Counted from the first letter of the stretch, positions 8,352-17,630 are shown. The stretch: DNA of 56,774 bases from a virus (IMGVR_UViG_3300048998_000127:1-56774), one strand, 5' to 3'. Made by a program: numbers and translations. The notes: a model not told the origin generated them from the letters alone.

Positions 8352-8648
8352 ATGATCCAGCCCACCGCTATCGCCCAGATGGAGATCCGCAGCTCCTTCG
8401 AGTTCATCACCGACGGCCTGCCCGTCCAGGCCAAGCGGATCTCCACCGACCGGTGGATCATCTCCGGCCGCTCGGTCGCGCTTGGCGAGTGTGTGCGCGG
8501 CGTCGTGATCTGGGCCGGCATGTCCGAGGACTTCGACCGCGAGTGGTCGGTAGTCGAGTTCGACGCCGAGGCCAACTCCCGCGTGGTGTCCAGCACGCGG
8601 ACGATCGAGGCGGCCATCAGCGACGCCGTGACCTACGTCGCGGCCTGA
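8352..8648 (+). CDS. Hypothetical protein
   Basis: AAAGGAG RBS; MIQPTAIAQ. Confidence 0.75.
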   Translation: MIQPTAIAQMEIRSSFEFITDGLPVQAKRISTDRWIISGRSVALGECVRGVVIWAGMSEDFDREWSVVEFDAEANSRVVSSTRTIEAAISDAVTYVAA

Positions 8649-8657
8649 TCGCACAAC

Positions 8658-8694
8658 ACCTCGCCGGGCCGCGATGAGTGCGGCCCGGCGAGGT
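8658..8694 (+). terminator. Hairpin terminator
   Basis: ACCTCGCCGGGCCGC...GCGGCCCGGCGAGGT 15-bp stem. Confidence 0.7.
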
Positions 8695-8711
8695 CGACCG
8701 ACAGGAGAGAG

Positions 8712-9230
8712 ATGAGCCACACAGAGTCGGACCTGATTGAGGCCGCCCGGGGACTACGTGAGCTGATCGACGCGGACACCTTCCCGCAGGTGACCATCGA
8801 GAAGAGACGGGCGGGCAGGCTGCGCGATCTGCTGCACCAGGCCGCCAACACGATCGCCAGCATGACCGAGGTCACCCGGCAGCGCGACGGGCGTATCAGC
8901 CGGCTGGAGTCCGCTAACGGTGCCCTCATGGTCGATCGGGACGACACCCGCACCAGGGCGGCGATCGACGTTGCCGCTGCCCGTGATCTGGTCGTGCGGC
9001 ACCTCGGTATCGACTCGCCGGAGCTGGACAAGCGACTGCGCGAACAGGCCGAATACAGTCGCCGCGTCCTGACGCTGGTCGACTCCGAGCGGACCGCGTA
9101 CGACCAGTTCCGCATGACCGTGGTCGGCCTGATGCAGGAGATCGGGGATCGCGAGTCGCTGGATGGCGAGCAGCTGGCCAAGGTGCGCGGCGTCATCAGC
9201 CGTGCCAACAAGCGAGCGATGGGCTACTAG
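8712..9230 (+). CDS. Hypothetical coiled-coil protein
   Basis: AGGAGA RBS; helical heptads. Confidence 0.75.
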   Translation: MSHTESDLIEAARGLRELIDADTFPQVTIEKRRAGRLRDLLHQAANTIASMTEVTRQRDGRISRLESANGALMVDRDDTRTRAAIDVAAARDLVVRHLGIDSPELDKRLREQAEYSRRVLTLVDSERTAYDQFRMTVVGLMQEIGDRESLDGEQLAKVRGVISRANKRAMGY

Positions 9231-9261
9231 CCCATACGAGTGACGCGGAGGTTCAGGGCTG

Positions 9262-9375
9262 ATGACCAAGCACAAGTGCGAGCACTGCGGTAGGGCGTTC
9301 CACACTCGGGCCGCGCGCACCATCCATGAGGCGTCCAGCTGCCCCGAGCGGCCCGGCACGACGAAGGCAGGGTGA
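9262..9375 (+). CDS. 37-aa C2HC zinc-finger microprotein
   Basis: GGAGG RBS; MTKHKCEHCGRAFHTRAARTIHEASSCPERP (hand-translated). Confidence 0.7.
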   Translation: MTKHKCEHCGRAFHTRAARTIHEASSCPERPGTTKAG

Positions 9376-9427
9376 GGGAGACCGTGAGCAGCGATACGCG
9401 CCCCTACGGCGGCTTCAGCGGCCGTAG

Positions 9428-9526
9428 GCCATTCGAGTGAAACGGTGGGTTGGTGTTGACACGCACCGCCCCACCGACTAACGTTCTCCATGTCAGCAAA
9501 ACCCACCGCAAACGGGAGTGATCAGG
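9428..9526 (+). promoter_or_regulatory. Repeated promoter cassette C6
   Basis: CCATTCGAGTG, TTGACA 9456-N17-TAACGT, TGTCAGCA. Confidence 0.85.
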
Positions 9527-9730
9527 ATGAGCGCCAAGGTCAGCACCAGCATCACCCGCACCGGCCTCTTCGGCAGCATGCGTCTCGTCTCGGTCACCGT
9601 CACCGACGACGGCGGCTTCGACTTCGCAGCGGAGCAGGTCGTGCCGCCCAAGGCCGTGGACGCCACGCTGGCCGGCATCCTGGCCACCGCCCGCAGCGCC
9701 TGGGACGCCATGGGCGACCTGGACGCCTGA
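9527..9730 (+). CDS. Hypothetical protein
   Basis: GGGAG RBS; MSAKVSTSIT. Confidence 0.7.
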   Translation: MSAKVSTSITRTGLFGSMRLVSVTVTDDGGFDFAAEQVVPPKAVDATLAGILATARSAWDAMGDLDA

Positions 9731-9738
9731 CGGCAGAC

Positions 9739-9773
9739 CGAAGGCCCCCGCCATCCAGTGGTGGGGGCCTTCG
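9739..9773. terminator. Bidirectional terminator between convergent units
   Basis: CGAAGGCCCCCGCCA...TGGTGGGGGCCTTCG. Confidence 0.75.
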
Positions 9774-9783
9774 CGCGTCACGC

Positions 9784-10050
9784 CTACTGCTGGGACGCGG
9801 AGCCCTGACCGCCGTCCTCGCCCTGCTCCTGGTCGGCCTGCTCGTCCATCTCGAAGGTGAGCGTGCCGGTCGCGCCCATCGGGAACTGGTCGGCCACCGC
9901 GCCCTTCACGGTCATGGACAGCGACAGCGCCGGGGTGGCCGCCGCCCACTCCTTGTTGCGGTCGTCCTGGTAGTCAGGCGCGAACCGTAGGGCCACCTCA
10001 TCCCCGTTGCGCCGCCGGTCCTCCACCCGCACCTTGGCCGTCACAGCCAT
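9784..10050 (-). CDS. Hypothetical beta-rich protein
   Basis: AAGGAG RBS; MAVTAKVRV...FAPDY..RNKEWAAATP...LTFE. Confidence 0.75.
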   Translation of the reverse strand: MAVTAKVRVEDRRRNGDEVALRFAPDYQDDRNKEWAAATPALSLSMTVKGAVADQFPMGATGTLTFEMDEQADQEQGEDGGQGSASQQ

Positions 10051-10063
10051 GCCGCACGCTCCT

Positions 10064-10264
10064 TCACTCGTCTGCCGCTTCACGTTCCGCCCGGGTGCCC
10101 TGCCACGCCCCCACGTGCAGCCACGCGTTCGCGTACAGCGAGCACAGAGCCACCCACAGGACCGAGTCCTTCCACCACAGCGCGGTCGGCACGGCCAGCA
10201 CCACCCAGATGCCGGCCAACGCCAGGTGCAGGTTACCCAGCTTGCGGGCGGTCCGCTTGCTCAC
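10064..10264 (-). CDS. Small two-TM membrane protein
   Basis: GTGA overlap with protease stop; WWKDSVLWVALCSLYAN. Confidence 0.7.
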   Translation of the reverse strand: MSKRTARKLGNLHLALAGIWVVLAVPTALWWKDSVLWVALCSLYANAWLHVGAWQGTRAEREAADE

Positions 10265-13047
10265 GACGCGTGGCTCTTGGCCCGCTTCGCGTTCCAGTCC
10301 GCGACCGCAGAGCACGCCTCGGCCCGGCTGCCCGGGTTGACCTTCTGGAGGCCCGGGAAGTTCAGGTCGCCGGTGGCGCACATCTTCTTCGCCACGTTCA
10401 CGGCCGTCGCGATGGCCCGGCTCGTGTCCATGGCCTTCTTCTCCAGGTGCTTGCGGATGCGGTCGATGTACTTGGGCAGGCCGCCGGCCTTCTGCACCCA
10501 GTTCTGGGCGAAGGCGATGTCCGCGTCGGTCACCTCCCCGAAGTGCTCGCACAGCGCGGTGAACCAGGCGTCTGGGCCGGCGACATCCAGGAGGCGTTCG
10601 TGCAGCTCCTCCACGGTGGGGCCTTCGACTGCGACCGGCATGAGCGTCTCGCCGGTCAGCTGGGCGAACTGGACGGACAGCTTGCCGTACTCGGCCTGCA
10701 CGTAGTCATCGAGCACGGCCGACAGCCGGTCCATGTCGGCGGCCACCTGCCGGTGGTACTCCTGCCGCTCCAGCACCGCGTCCGCCAGGGCGGCCATGTC
10801 GAGCTTGCCGGACGCGGCCAGCTGCACCACCGGCTCCTCCCGCAGCACGCCACCGGCAACCAGCGCCATGGGCATACCGGAGGCGACGCGGGCACGCGGC
10901 ACCGGGAAGCCAGGCGTGTTCACGGACAGGACGGCCACCAGCTCCAGGTTGCCGCCGATGTTCCGCCAGTCGCCCGACGGCGGGGCCGCGACGAACTCGC
11001 GCAGCTGGGCCGGGGTGAGGTGGTCGCGCACCACGCCGGACACCCAGATGCCGAAGGCATCCTCGCCGCACACCACGTCCGCGCCGACGGTGCCGGTGTG
11101 GTCGTAGTGGGCGACGGCAGGCCTGGCCGCGAGTCGGTCGCTGGCGTGGCCGGTGCCGAAGGTGATGTGGCCGGTTCCGATGGGGCCGGCGTCGGTGAGC
11201 ACCTGGCCGGTGTGGAAGTAGGCGTACTTCGAGGCGCTGCGCGGGGCGGTGACACACTGGCCGCCGAAGCCGATGTGGCAGGTGCCCCAGGTGGCGATGT
11301 GGCCGAAGACGCGGCGCAGCGCCGGGCCGCCGGCCACGTCGGTGAAGGTGAGCGGCGTGGGGCTGGTCAGGTTGGGGTTGGCGAAGGCGGACGCCGGCAG
11401 CTTCGGGTAGGCGGCGGCGGTGACGCTGGGTGCGGTGCCGTCCAGTGGGTAGTCCGTGTGCTTGTTGCCGATGGCCACGCGCGCCTTGCTGAAGTTGACG
11501 GGGCCCATGCGGGTCAGCTTGCTCTGGGCGACGTTGTAGCCGGCGGTGATGTGCGGCTTGTACGGGCCGTGGCTGGGCGGCAGCTGCTTACCGACGGCCG
11601 CCAGCTTGGCATGCAGGTGGCCGGTGAGGTTGCTGTGCAGGGAGTGCAGCGCGCTGGAGTCGCCCAGGTCGTAGACGGTGGCCGGCTTCATGGTGCCTGT
11701 GGGGCCGCCGTCGGCGTTCCAGGTGGCGTGGCCCATGACGCGGGCCTTGATGCTGCGGCCCTGGCCGGGCGGCAGTGGATTGTCCGGCGCAGCCCCGCCA
11801 GCGGCCCGGACAGATGTGGGGTCTGCGCCGCCTTCTACCGTGGAATCGTCGGCGGACTGCTCGTCGACGGGGTCGCCACCGTGGTTGTGGCCGGCGAGCG
11901 CGGCCGTCACCGCCTCGTGCACGGCATCCACCTGCTGCGGCGACCACTGGTCCAGGTCGTCGCCCAGGTAGGCCAGGGTGCAGTGCATCTCATCGGCCGG
12001 GTCACCGCCGTCCACGGCGAACGACTCCGGGTCATCGGGCACCAGCGCGATCATGCCGCTGTTGTCGTAGGCCGGGTTGCCGGCGGCCTTCAGGTCCTGC
12101 TCCCACGGTGCGACCTCACCGATCCGGCGGGCCAGGGCGGCGGCCACGGCCATGGTGGCGGAGTCGGCCACGGGCGTCTTCTCGGCGGCGGCGTCGGCCA
12201 GGCGGGTCACGTTGCGGCGCACCAGGTCGGGCACCAGGTGGTACTGGCCTTCGGCGTCGACACGAGCCATGCGCATGGCGTGGTAGTTCTCGCCGTCGAT
12301 GTCGTGCAGCAGCCAGCCGCGCGGGTCGTGGTCGGGACCGTCGGCCAGCTCCGCCCCGGGGTCGGCCACGGGCAGCCCGATCAGCTCACGCAGGGCTGGC
12401 GCGGCCTTGCCGGCGAGGCACGGCGAGCACGCGTCGCCCAGGTCGCTGGAGCGCCACATGGGCGTCATCGAGGCGGTCAGGCCGACAGCGGGTGCGATCG
12501 ACTCGCCATCGAGCACGACGTACGCATCCGGGAAGGCGGGCAGGCCTACCAGCGTGGTGGCCCCGATGACGCCGGAGGTCATGCGCATCTGGCCGGGGTC
12601 GTCAGGGTTGTCGTCGGCCATCACCACCTGGGCGTCGACGGCGGACAGGTCCACGCTGTTGCCGGACAGCGCCCCGTCCTTGACCATGCGGTAGGCGGGC
12701 ACGTCGGTGTACATCCAGCCCTTGCCGGACCAGACGGCCACGTCGTCGGGGAACGGCTGGCCGGTGGACTTGGAGGTGACCTCGCTGCCCGGCCGTCGGG
12801 TGAGCTCGGTGAGCGCCCCGACGATGTCCGCACCATCGTGGCCTTGGCCGCCTTCGGGGGTGCGGGTCTGGGCGTAGATGGTGAGCGGCACGGCCCGGTG
12901 GGTGAGCGCGCCCTGTTCGATGAAGCGGCGGTCGGCGGTCTCCATGCCTTCGAGGGCGAGGACGGGGAACTCGATGGGGACCGCGTTCTCCGGGATGGAG
13001 GTGTCGGCCGGCTGCCCGGTGATGGGGTTGAGCGTCGGGGCGGTCAT
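10261..13047 (-). CDS. Capsid maturation protease, multidomain, with embedded 2H phosphoesterase
   Basis: Follows portal; N-terminal protease-like domain (EGMETADRR...GHDGADIVG); second protease-like domain (GHIATWGTCH...SGDWR..LELVAVLSVNTPGFP); HCT and HIT motifs in between. Confidence 0.85.
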   Translation of the reverse strand: MTAPTLNPITGQPADTSIPENAVPIEFPVLALEGMETADRRFIEQGALTHRAVPLTIYAQTRTPEGGQGHDGADIVGALTELTRRPGSEVTSKSTGQPFPDDVAVWSGKGWMYTDVPAYRMVKDGALSGNSVDLSAVDAQVVMADDNPDDPGQMRMTSGVIGATTLVGLPAFPDAYVVLDGESIAPAVGLTASMTPMWRSSDLGDACSPCLAGKAAPALRELIGLPVADPGAELADGPDHDPRGWLLHDIDGENYHAMRMARVDAEGQYHLVPDLVRRNVTRLADAAAEKTPVADSATMAVAAALARRIGEVAPWEQDLKAAGNPAYDNSGMIALVPDDPESFAVDGGDPADEMHCTLAYLGDDLDQWSPQQVDAVHEAVTAALAGHNHGGDPVDEQSADDSTVEGGADPTSVRAAGGAAPDNPLPPGQGRSIKARVMGHATWNADGGPTGTMKPATVYDLGDSSALHSLHSNLTGHLHAKLAAVGKQLPPSHGPYKPHITAGYNVAQSKLTRMGPVNFSKARVAIGNKHTDYPLDGTAPSVTAAAYPKLPASAFANPNLTSPTPLTFTDVAGGPALRRVFGHIATWGTCHIGFGGQCVTAPRSASKYAYFHTGQVLTDAGPIGTGHITFGTGHASDRLAARPAVAHYDHTGTVGADVVCGEDAFGIWVSGVVRDHLTPAQLREFVAAPPSGDWRNIGGNLELVAVLSVNTPGFPVPRARVASGMPMALVAGGVLREEPVVQLAASGKLDMAALADAVLERQEYHRQVAADMDRLSAVLDDYVQAEYGKLSVQFAQLTGETLMPVAVEGPTVEELHERLLDVAGPDAWFTALCEHFGEVTDADIAFAQNWVQKAGGLPKYIDRIRKHLEKKAMDTSRAIATAVNVAKKMCATGDLNFPGLQKVNPGSRAEACSAVADWNAKRAKSHAS

Positions 13048-15782
13048 GCCGTCACCTTCCCTGAGATGAAGCGCTGCTGGAGTCGCTGTATGTGGTCGTG
13101 GCGGTCACGGAGTGTTTGCGCGGTGGTGCCGTTGCGGCCGGCGGCGTCATCGAGGTCGGCCAGCCGGATGATGTTGGTCATGTCGGTGCCGGGGGTGGCG
13201 AGCGCTTCGCGGACGGTCTGGCTGTAGCGGGGCACGGCGTAGGCGGGGACGGTGTCGCACATGCAGCCGTGGTGGTCGCCGGGGTGCATGTGGTCTCCGA
13301 GCCATTCGTAGCCGGGTGGCGGGTTGAGCTGGGCGTCTGACCAGTTGGCGAAGCGGATGCCTTCGATGTGCCGGTGGGGCTCGAACTGGTCGGGGGCGAG
13401 GGTGACGCCGTACACCCACAGGTGGCCGAGTTCGACGGCACCGGCGGTGTCGAGCTCCTGTTGCACGGTGTGGCCGTTGGCGAGGCCGGTGGCGTTGCTG
13501 GTGGCCTTGCCGTTGGTGTTGACGTGCGTTCCGGGCTGGGTGCCGCCGATGTCGGCGAGGACCGCGCGGATGGTGCCGGGTTGCACGGTGGTGTCCGCGA
13601 GGTCCGAGGGGCTGGGCTTGTGTTCCCCGTACAGGACCTTGTCCGCCAGGTCGTGCAGGGTGCCTTCCAGTCGGTCCCAGCCGTCATCGACGCGGGCGGC
13701 CATGGTGCGGCGGACGCGTTCGGTGAGGTCTCGGTGTTCGCGGGTGCCGCTGCGGAGTCCGAGCATGGTGGCGAGCTTGCTGACGATGGCGTCGACGGCG
13801 GCGAGGGTCCACTTGGTGAACTTGACCTGGAGGCCGGCGAAGGCACCGGCGAGCAGGAAGTCCGTGGTGGCCCCGGCGGTGAGCGCACGGTCTCGGCCGA
13901 TGACCTGGCCGAACTGGTGGGGTCCGCACTGGCGGAGCTGGCCGATGAGCTGGTTGTCTCCGGACAGCTTGGCGCGCAGTCGGCTGGACGCCTTGGCCAC
14001 GGCCTGCTGGAGCGCGGCATCGGCGGCGGTGACGAGGCGGTCACGCAGGGTGCGCTCGATCTCCACCATGTCGCGCATCTCGGCGAAGGTGAGCCGGTAC
14101 TCCTCGTCGCCGTCGACGGTGGCGGCGGCCATGAGGGCGAAGCGCTGGTACAGCTCGTGGAGTCCGCCGTCGGCGCTCACGCCGGTGGGCGGGGCGGGTG
14201 CGCTGCCACCCTCCTTCGGCGTGCCGGGCGACAGGGCGGGCGGCGTGCTGGTGCTCCCAGCGGGCAGAGCCGGCGCTCCGGGCGTTCCCGGCTTCTCGGT
14301 GATGGTCTCGCGCTCTGGGATGACCGGCGTCTCGCCAGGGACCAGGAGGCGCTGGATGAGCTGGCCGGCGGTGATCGGGTCCAGGCCGATCTTGAACAGG
14401 GCCATGAGAAGCATCTCGTGCTCCTCCGGCTTGTCGGTGTCGGAGAAGCCCAGCGCCTCGCGGAACGCGTCCCAGCCGATGCCGCCCCGGTCGAAGGCGT
14501 CGATGGCGTCCTGTCGCCGGTTGGTGTTCTCCGTGATGTTGGCGGCGTCGTACCAGACGCGGATCTTGCGCACCTCGGCCGGGTCGTAGCCCATGTCGAT
14601 CAGGGTCGTGCGCAGGAAGGCCACGGTGAGGCTGTCGACCATGCGCCGGACGCTGGGCTCGATGTGGTAGCGGAAGGTGCTGGCGTCGATCTGCCATGCC
14701 GACCAGTGGTTGGCGTCGCCCACGCCGGACACGACCTCCGGCGGCAGATCGAGGCCGCGCGCCATGCGGGTGAGCTCCCGGTCCACCTTGCCGCCGAGGT
14801 CGGCCGACGACTCGCGCTCGAAGGTGATGTGCCGGATGGCCTTGATGTCCTCTTCGCTACCGGTGAGGACGGCGGGGGCAACGGCTCCGGCGTCACCCTC
14901 GTTGGTGATGGGGGCGAGCAGGACGGCGGTCAGGTCGGCCATGAAGTTGTTGGACTGCGCGGCCGTGACCCCGTCGTCCCCATCCTCGCGGATGTTGCGC
15001 ATGAGGGTCATGGTGTTGGGGATGGCCAGGATGCCGTTGGTGGCCGACCGGGATCGGCTCACGGCGCGCAGCTCACGCCCGAACAGGACGATGTTCTCGA
15101 ACGTGTCCAGGGTGGCCTGGCAGGGCGAGTCGGCCAGGTAGCCTTCCCGGGGGTGCTGCACCCACAGGCGGAACAGCTCCTCCGTTTTCCAGTCCACGTC
15201 ACGGTCGGTGCCCGGGTTGACGTCGGACTGGACCTTCACGGTGCGGCCGTCGGGCGAGACTTTGACGCCGTCGATGGAACGGATGCGCCAGGTCTCCTCG
15301 CCCGTGTCCGGGTCCGTGAAGCCGTGCAGCCAGCAGTCCCCGGCGATGTCGAAGTTCTCCGACCAGATGCCCAGGAAGCTGAAGCCATCGTCGATCGGCA
15401 GGCGGTTGAGGTTGTCGATGGCGGCCCGGGCCAGGTCGTGGTCCACGGTGACCTGGTGCGCCTTGTCGGGGTCGTCGATGAGCGACAGCGGAACCGGCTT
15501 ATCGTCGTCGCCATCGATCTGGGCGGCGTACAGCCGCACCCGGCTGATGGCACCGGACCGGTAGCCGGTGGCGAAGCGCAGCTCCGGGATGAGATCCCGA
15601 TACTTCCACGCCAGGGACTGCCACTCGCGACGGGCGACAGCCAGCACGCGCAACGCCTGCGCGTTGGTGGCGGGCTGCACGCGCATGCCGGCGGCCCGCA
15701 GCTGGGCGACGTGATGGGACTTGCCGGGCTCCACGACTTCGTGGCGGCGGAATCCTTCAGCGGCGGAGGTGACCACGGCCAC
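13044..15782 (-). CDS. Portal protein fused to C-terminal MuF-like head morphogenesis domain
   Basis: W..Y...PELRFA, RLWVQHP...ADSP, RMARGLDLPPEVVSGVGDANHWSAWQI portal motifs; C-terminal HPGDHHGCMC. Confidence 0.88.
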   Translation of the reverse strand: MAVVTSAAEGFRRHEVVEPGKSHHVAQLRAAGMRVQPATNAQALRVLAVARREWQSLAWKYRDLIPELRFATGYRSGAISRVRLYAAQIDGDDDKPVPLSLIDDPDKAHQVTVDHDLARAAIDNLNRLPIDDGFSFLGIWSENFDIAGDCWLHGFTDPDTGEETWRIRSIDGVKVSPDGRTVKVQSDVNPGTDRDVDWKTEELFRLWVQHPREGYLADSPCQATLDTFENIVLFGRELRAVSRSRSATNGILAIPNTMTLMRNIREDGDDGVTAAQSNNFMADLTAVLLAPITNEGDAGAVAPAVLTGSEEDIKAIRHITFERESSADLGGKVDRELTRMARGLDLPPEVVSGVGDANHWSAWQIDASTFRYHIEPSVRRMVDSLTVAFLRTTLIDMGYDPAEVRKIRVWYDAANITENTNRRQDAIDAFDRGGIGWDAFREALGFSDTDKPEEHEMLLMALFKIGLDPITAGQLIQRLLVPGETPVIPERETITEKPGTPGAPALPAGSTSTPPALSPGTPKEGGSAPAPPTGVSADGGLHELYQRFALMAAATVDGDEEYRLTFAEMRDMVEIERTLRDRLVTAADAALQQAVAKASSRLRAKLSGDNQLIGQLRQCGPHQFGQVIGRDRALTAGATTDFLLAGAFAGLQVKFTKWTLAAVDAIVSKLATMLGLRSGTREHRDLTERVRRTMAARVDDGWDRLEGTLHDLADKVLYGEHKPSPSDLADTTVQPGTIRAVLADIGGTQPGTHVNTNGKATSNATGLANGHTVQQELDTAGAVELGHLWVYGVTLAPDQFEPHRHIEGIRFANWSDAQLNPPPGYEWLGDHMHPGDHHGCMCDTVPAYAVPRYSQTVREALATPGTDMTNIIRLADLDDAAGRNGTTAQTLRDRHDHIQRLQQRFISGKVTA

Positions 15783-15785
15783 GGC

Positions 15786-16082
15786 TCACCCTCCCATCGG
15801 CGTGAGGCCGACCACGGCACTGCTGGCCAGGGCGACCACGGCGGGCTCCCACAGCCGGCGGGGCAGCAACGTGGCGGCGAGCACCACGGCGACGCTCACC
15901 CAGAAGCCGAGGCACCATGGGCAGTTGACCAGCTCGCCCCACCGGTCGGCGGCGTGCTTGTCCAGGAAGCGGTCACGCGGCACGTCCAGGATGGTGTCCC
16001 GCTGGAGCAGGCGCGTAATCCGGAAAGCGGCCAGGGCTACCAGGGCGACCGCAAGTGGCTCCCGGGTCCAGGAGCGGGTCAC
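15786..16082 (-). CDS. DUF1360-like membrane protein
   Basis: RITRLLQRDTI...GELVNCPWCLGFW. Confidence 0.8.
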   Translation of the reverse strand: MTRSWTREPLAVALVALAAFRITRLLQRDTILDVPRDRFLDKHAADRWGELVNCPWCLGFWVSVAVVLAATLLPRRLWEPAVVALASSAVVGLTPMGG

Positions 16083-16243
16083 CCGGTCACCGCCGTCAGG
16101 ATGATGACCAGGACGACGATCACGAGCAGCGCGGCCACGGCGGCGAAGGCGCGCAGCGTGCGAGCATTGACCGGCACGGCCAGGCCGATGGCGATCAGGA
16201 GCAGGGCGAGCAGCGGCAGGACGGCCGCGAGGATGTCACGCAC
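16079..16243 (-). CDS. 54-aa two-TM membrane protein
   Basis: Hand-translated VRDILAAVLPLLALLLIAIGL...; GTGA overlap. Confidence 0.65.
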   Translation of the reverse strand: MRDILAAVLPLLALLLIAIGLAVPVNARTLRAFAAVAALLVIVVLVIILTAVTG

Positions 16244-16637
16244 CGTCGCCACCGCCCCAGGGCAGGCTCCGCGAGGTCCACGCCGGCACCCAGTACTTCA
16301 GGTCGGCCAGGGCGCAGCCGCAGCCCAACATCTGGGTGACGCCAACCTGGCCGGCCTCGGTCATGATCGTGAACGACACGCGGGCCGGCGGGCGCTGGTT
16401 GGTGGTCTCGCTCCACACGATCGGGGAGAAGTACAGGGCGTCGGACAGGTCGGCCAGCGGCGGACGCTTGGCGAAGACGTAGAGCCCGACATCGGTCAGC
16501 TGCACGCGTGCGTTGTGGGCGAGCCCATCGACGCCGGGCAGGCGGACGCTGGCCGGGAAGAAGTCTGCGATAATCCGGGTAGGCACCGGGCGTTCCTGCT
16601 GGGCAGGAGCGGTGTCCTTGAGCAGCTGGGCTGTCAT
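16236..16637 (-). CDS. Hypothetical protein
   Basis: GAGGGGG RBS; MTAQLLKD...GCGC. Confidence 0.7.
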   Translation of the reverse strand: MTAQLLKDTAPAQQERPVPTRIIADFFPASVRLPGVDGLAHNARVQLTDVGLYVFAKRPPLADLSDALYFSPIVWSETTNQRPPARVSFTIMTEAGQVGVTQMLGCGCALADLKYWVPAWTSRSLPWGGGDGA

Positions 16638-16718
16638 GACACCCCCTCTCGTGTGGGTGTCATCATAGCGATACGCACCCACCGTTTCGGGGCCGGTGAG
16701 TGCGTATCGATTGGGAGC

Positions 16719-16814
16719 CTACCTGCGGCGGCCGGATCGGAGCAGCGCAAGCGCGAGGATCACGGGTAGGGCGACAAGGCTCAGCGCGCATCCGCCTGGC
16801 TTTCGGTGGCTCAT
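16719..16814 (-). CDS. 31-aa hydrophobic peptide
   Basis: MSHRKPGGCALSLVALPVILALALLRSGRRR; ATGA overlap. Confidence 0.5.
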   Translation of the reverse strand: MSHRKPGGCALSLVALPVILALALLRSGRRR

Positions 16815-17215
16815 GATCCCTGGACGCGCGAGGCGTGCAGCGCGTTCAGCCGGGAGCGCAGGGCGAAGAAGCGCGGCCATCCCGACACGTCCATGCCGGC
16901 CAGCACGTCGTGGGCAAGGTCGGCGGTCCCGAGATCCTCGGCGTCAAGGGCGGTGGCCAGCTCGTCCAGCCACCAATTGATCTCCTCGATGCGCTCCCGC
17001 CGTCGGCGGGCGTCCTCCTGCCGGGCCGCCAGGGCGGCGGCGGCGGCCTTGCGCGCACGGCGAGCCTTGAAGCCCCGCCAGATCAGCCACGGCCAGGAAA
17101 GGGGCATCCAGAAGGCCAGCACGAACTGCCAGCCCTTGGCCACCCAGTCCTTGCCGGCAGGTGCGGCGTACCACGTGAGCCAGCCAACCAGCGCGAAGAA
17201 CACCAGGACGCCCAT
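16811..17215 (-). CDS. Membrane protein
   Basis: TGATG overlap; two N-terminal TM segments. Confidence 0.65.
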   Translation of the reverse strand: MGVLVFFALVGWLTWYAAPAGKDWVAKGWQFVLAFWMPLSWPWLIWRGFKARRARKAAAAALAARQEDARRRRERIEEINWWLDELATALDAEDLGTADLAHDVLAGMDVSGWPRFFALRSRLNALHASRVQGS

Positions 17216-17427
17216 CAGAGCCACGGCCTTGACTCGGGCACGCGTTGGAACTCGGAGCGGCTCAGCCATACGGCCAGCTCGCCCGCCTTTTCCGGCTTGA
17301 CCAGCCAGCGCTCCGGCGTGTGAGTGCGGTCGTCCTTGGCCTGCCAGTCGGTGATTCGGCCCAGCTTGCCCGGGACCTTGGTGGAGTGCACCCGGTCCCC
17401 GTTCTTCAGCGGTTGCGCCATGATCAT
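17215..17427 (-). CDS. Hypothetical SH3/KOW-like small protein
   Basis: LKNGDRVHSTKVPGKLGRI pattern. Confidence 0.6.
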   Translation of the reverse strand: MIMAQPLKNGDRVHSTKVPGKLGRITDWQAKDDRTHTPERWLVKPEKAGELAVWLSRSEFQRVPESRPWL

Positions 17428-17630
17428 TTCCTCTTCGGTCGGACGTACTCATGCATGAGCATGACGGCCACGGCGGCCAGGTCGTTCGGGTCGATCGTCA
17501 GGGCGTCGCCATCCTCGTTGTGCAGGGTGAGCGGCTCCCCGTCTTCGTGGTCTTCGAGGTAGTAGCCGCGCTCCTCGGCCGCCGGCCTGTACCAGTGCTG
17601 CTCGAAGTCGCGGCCCTTGGCGGACATCAC
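17424..17630 (-). CDS. Hypothetical protein
   Basis: Overlapping start/stop chain. Confidence 0.65.
   Translation of the reverse strand: MMSAKGRDFEQHWYRPAAEERGYYLEDHEDGEPLTLHNEDGDALTIDPNDLAAVAVMLMHEYVRPKRK

Noticed and set aside
9384-9440. 18-codon ORF VSSDTRPYGGFSGRRPFE
   Set aside because: Has a possible RBS but is too short to support and runs into cassette C6
10270-16769. Very long plus-strand ORFs (985 aa, 1133 aa; also 931-2760 and others)
   Set aside because: Antisense shadows of high-GC genes with no RBS or recognisable motifs
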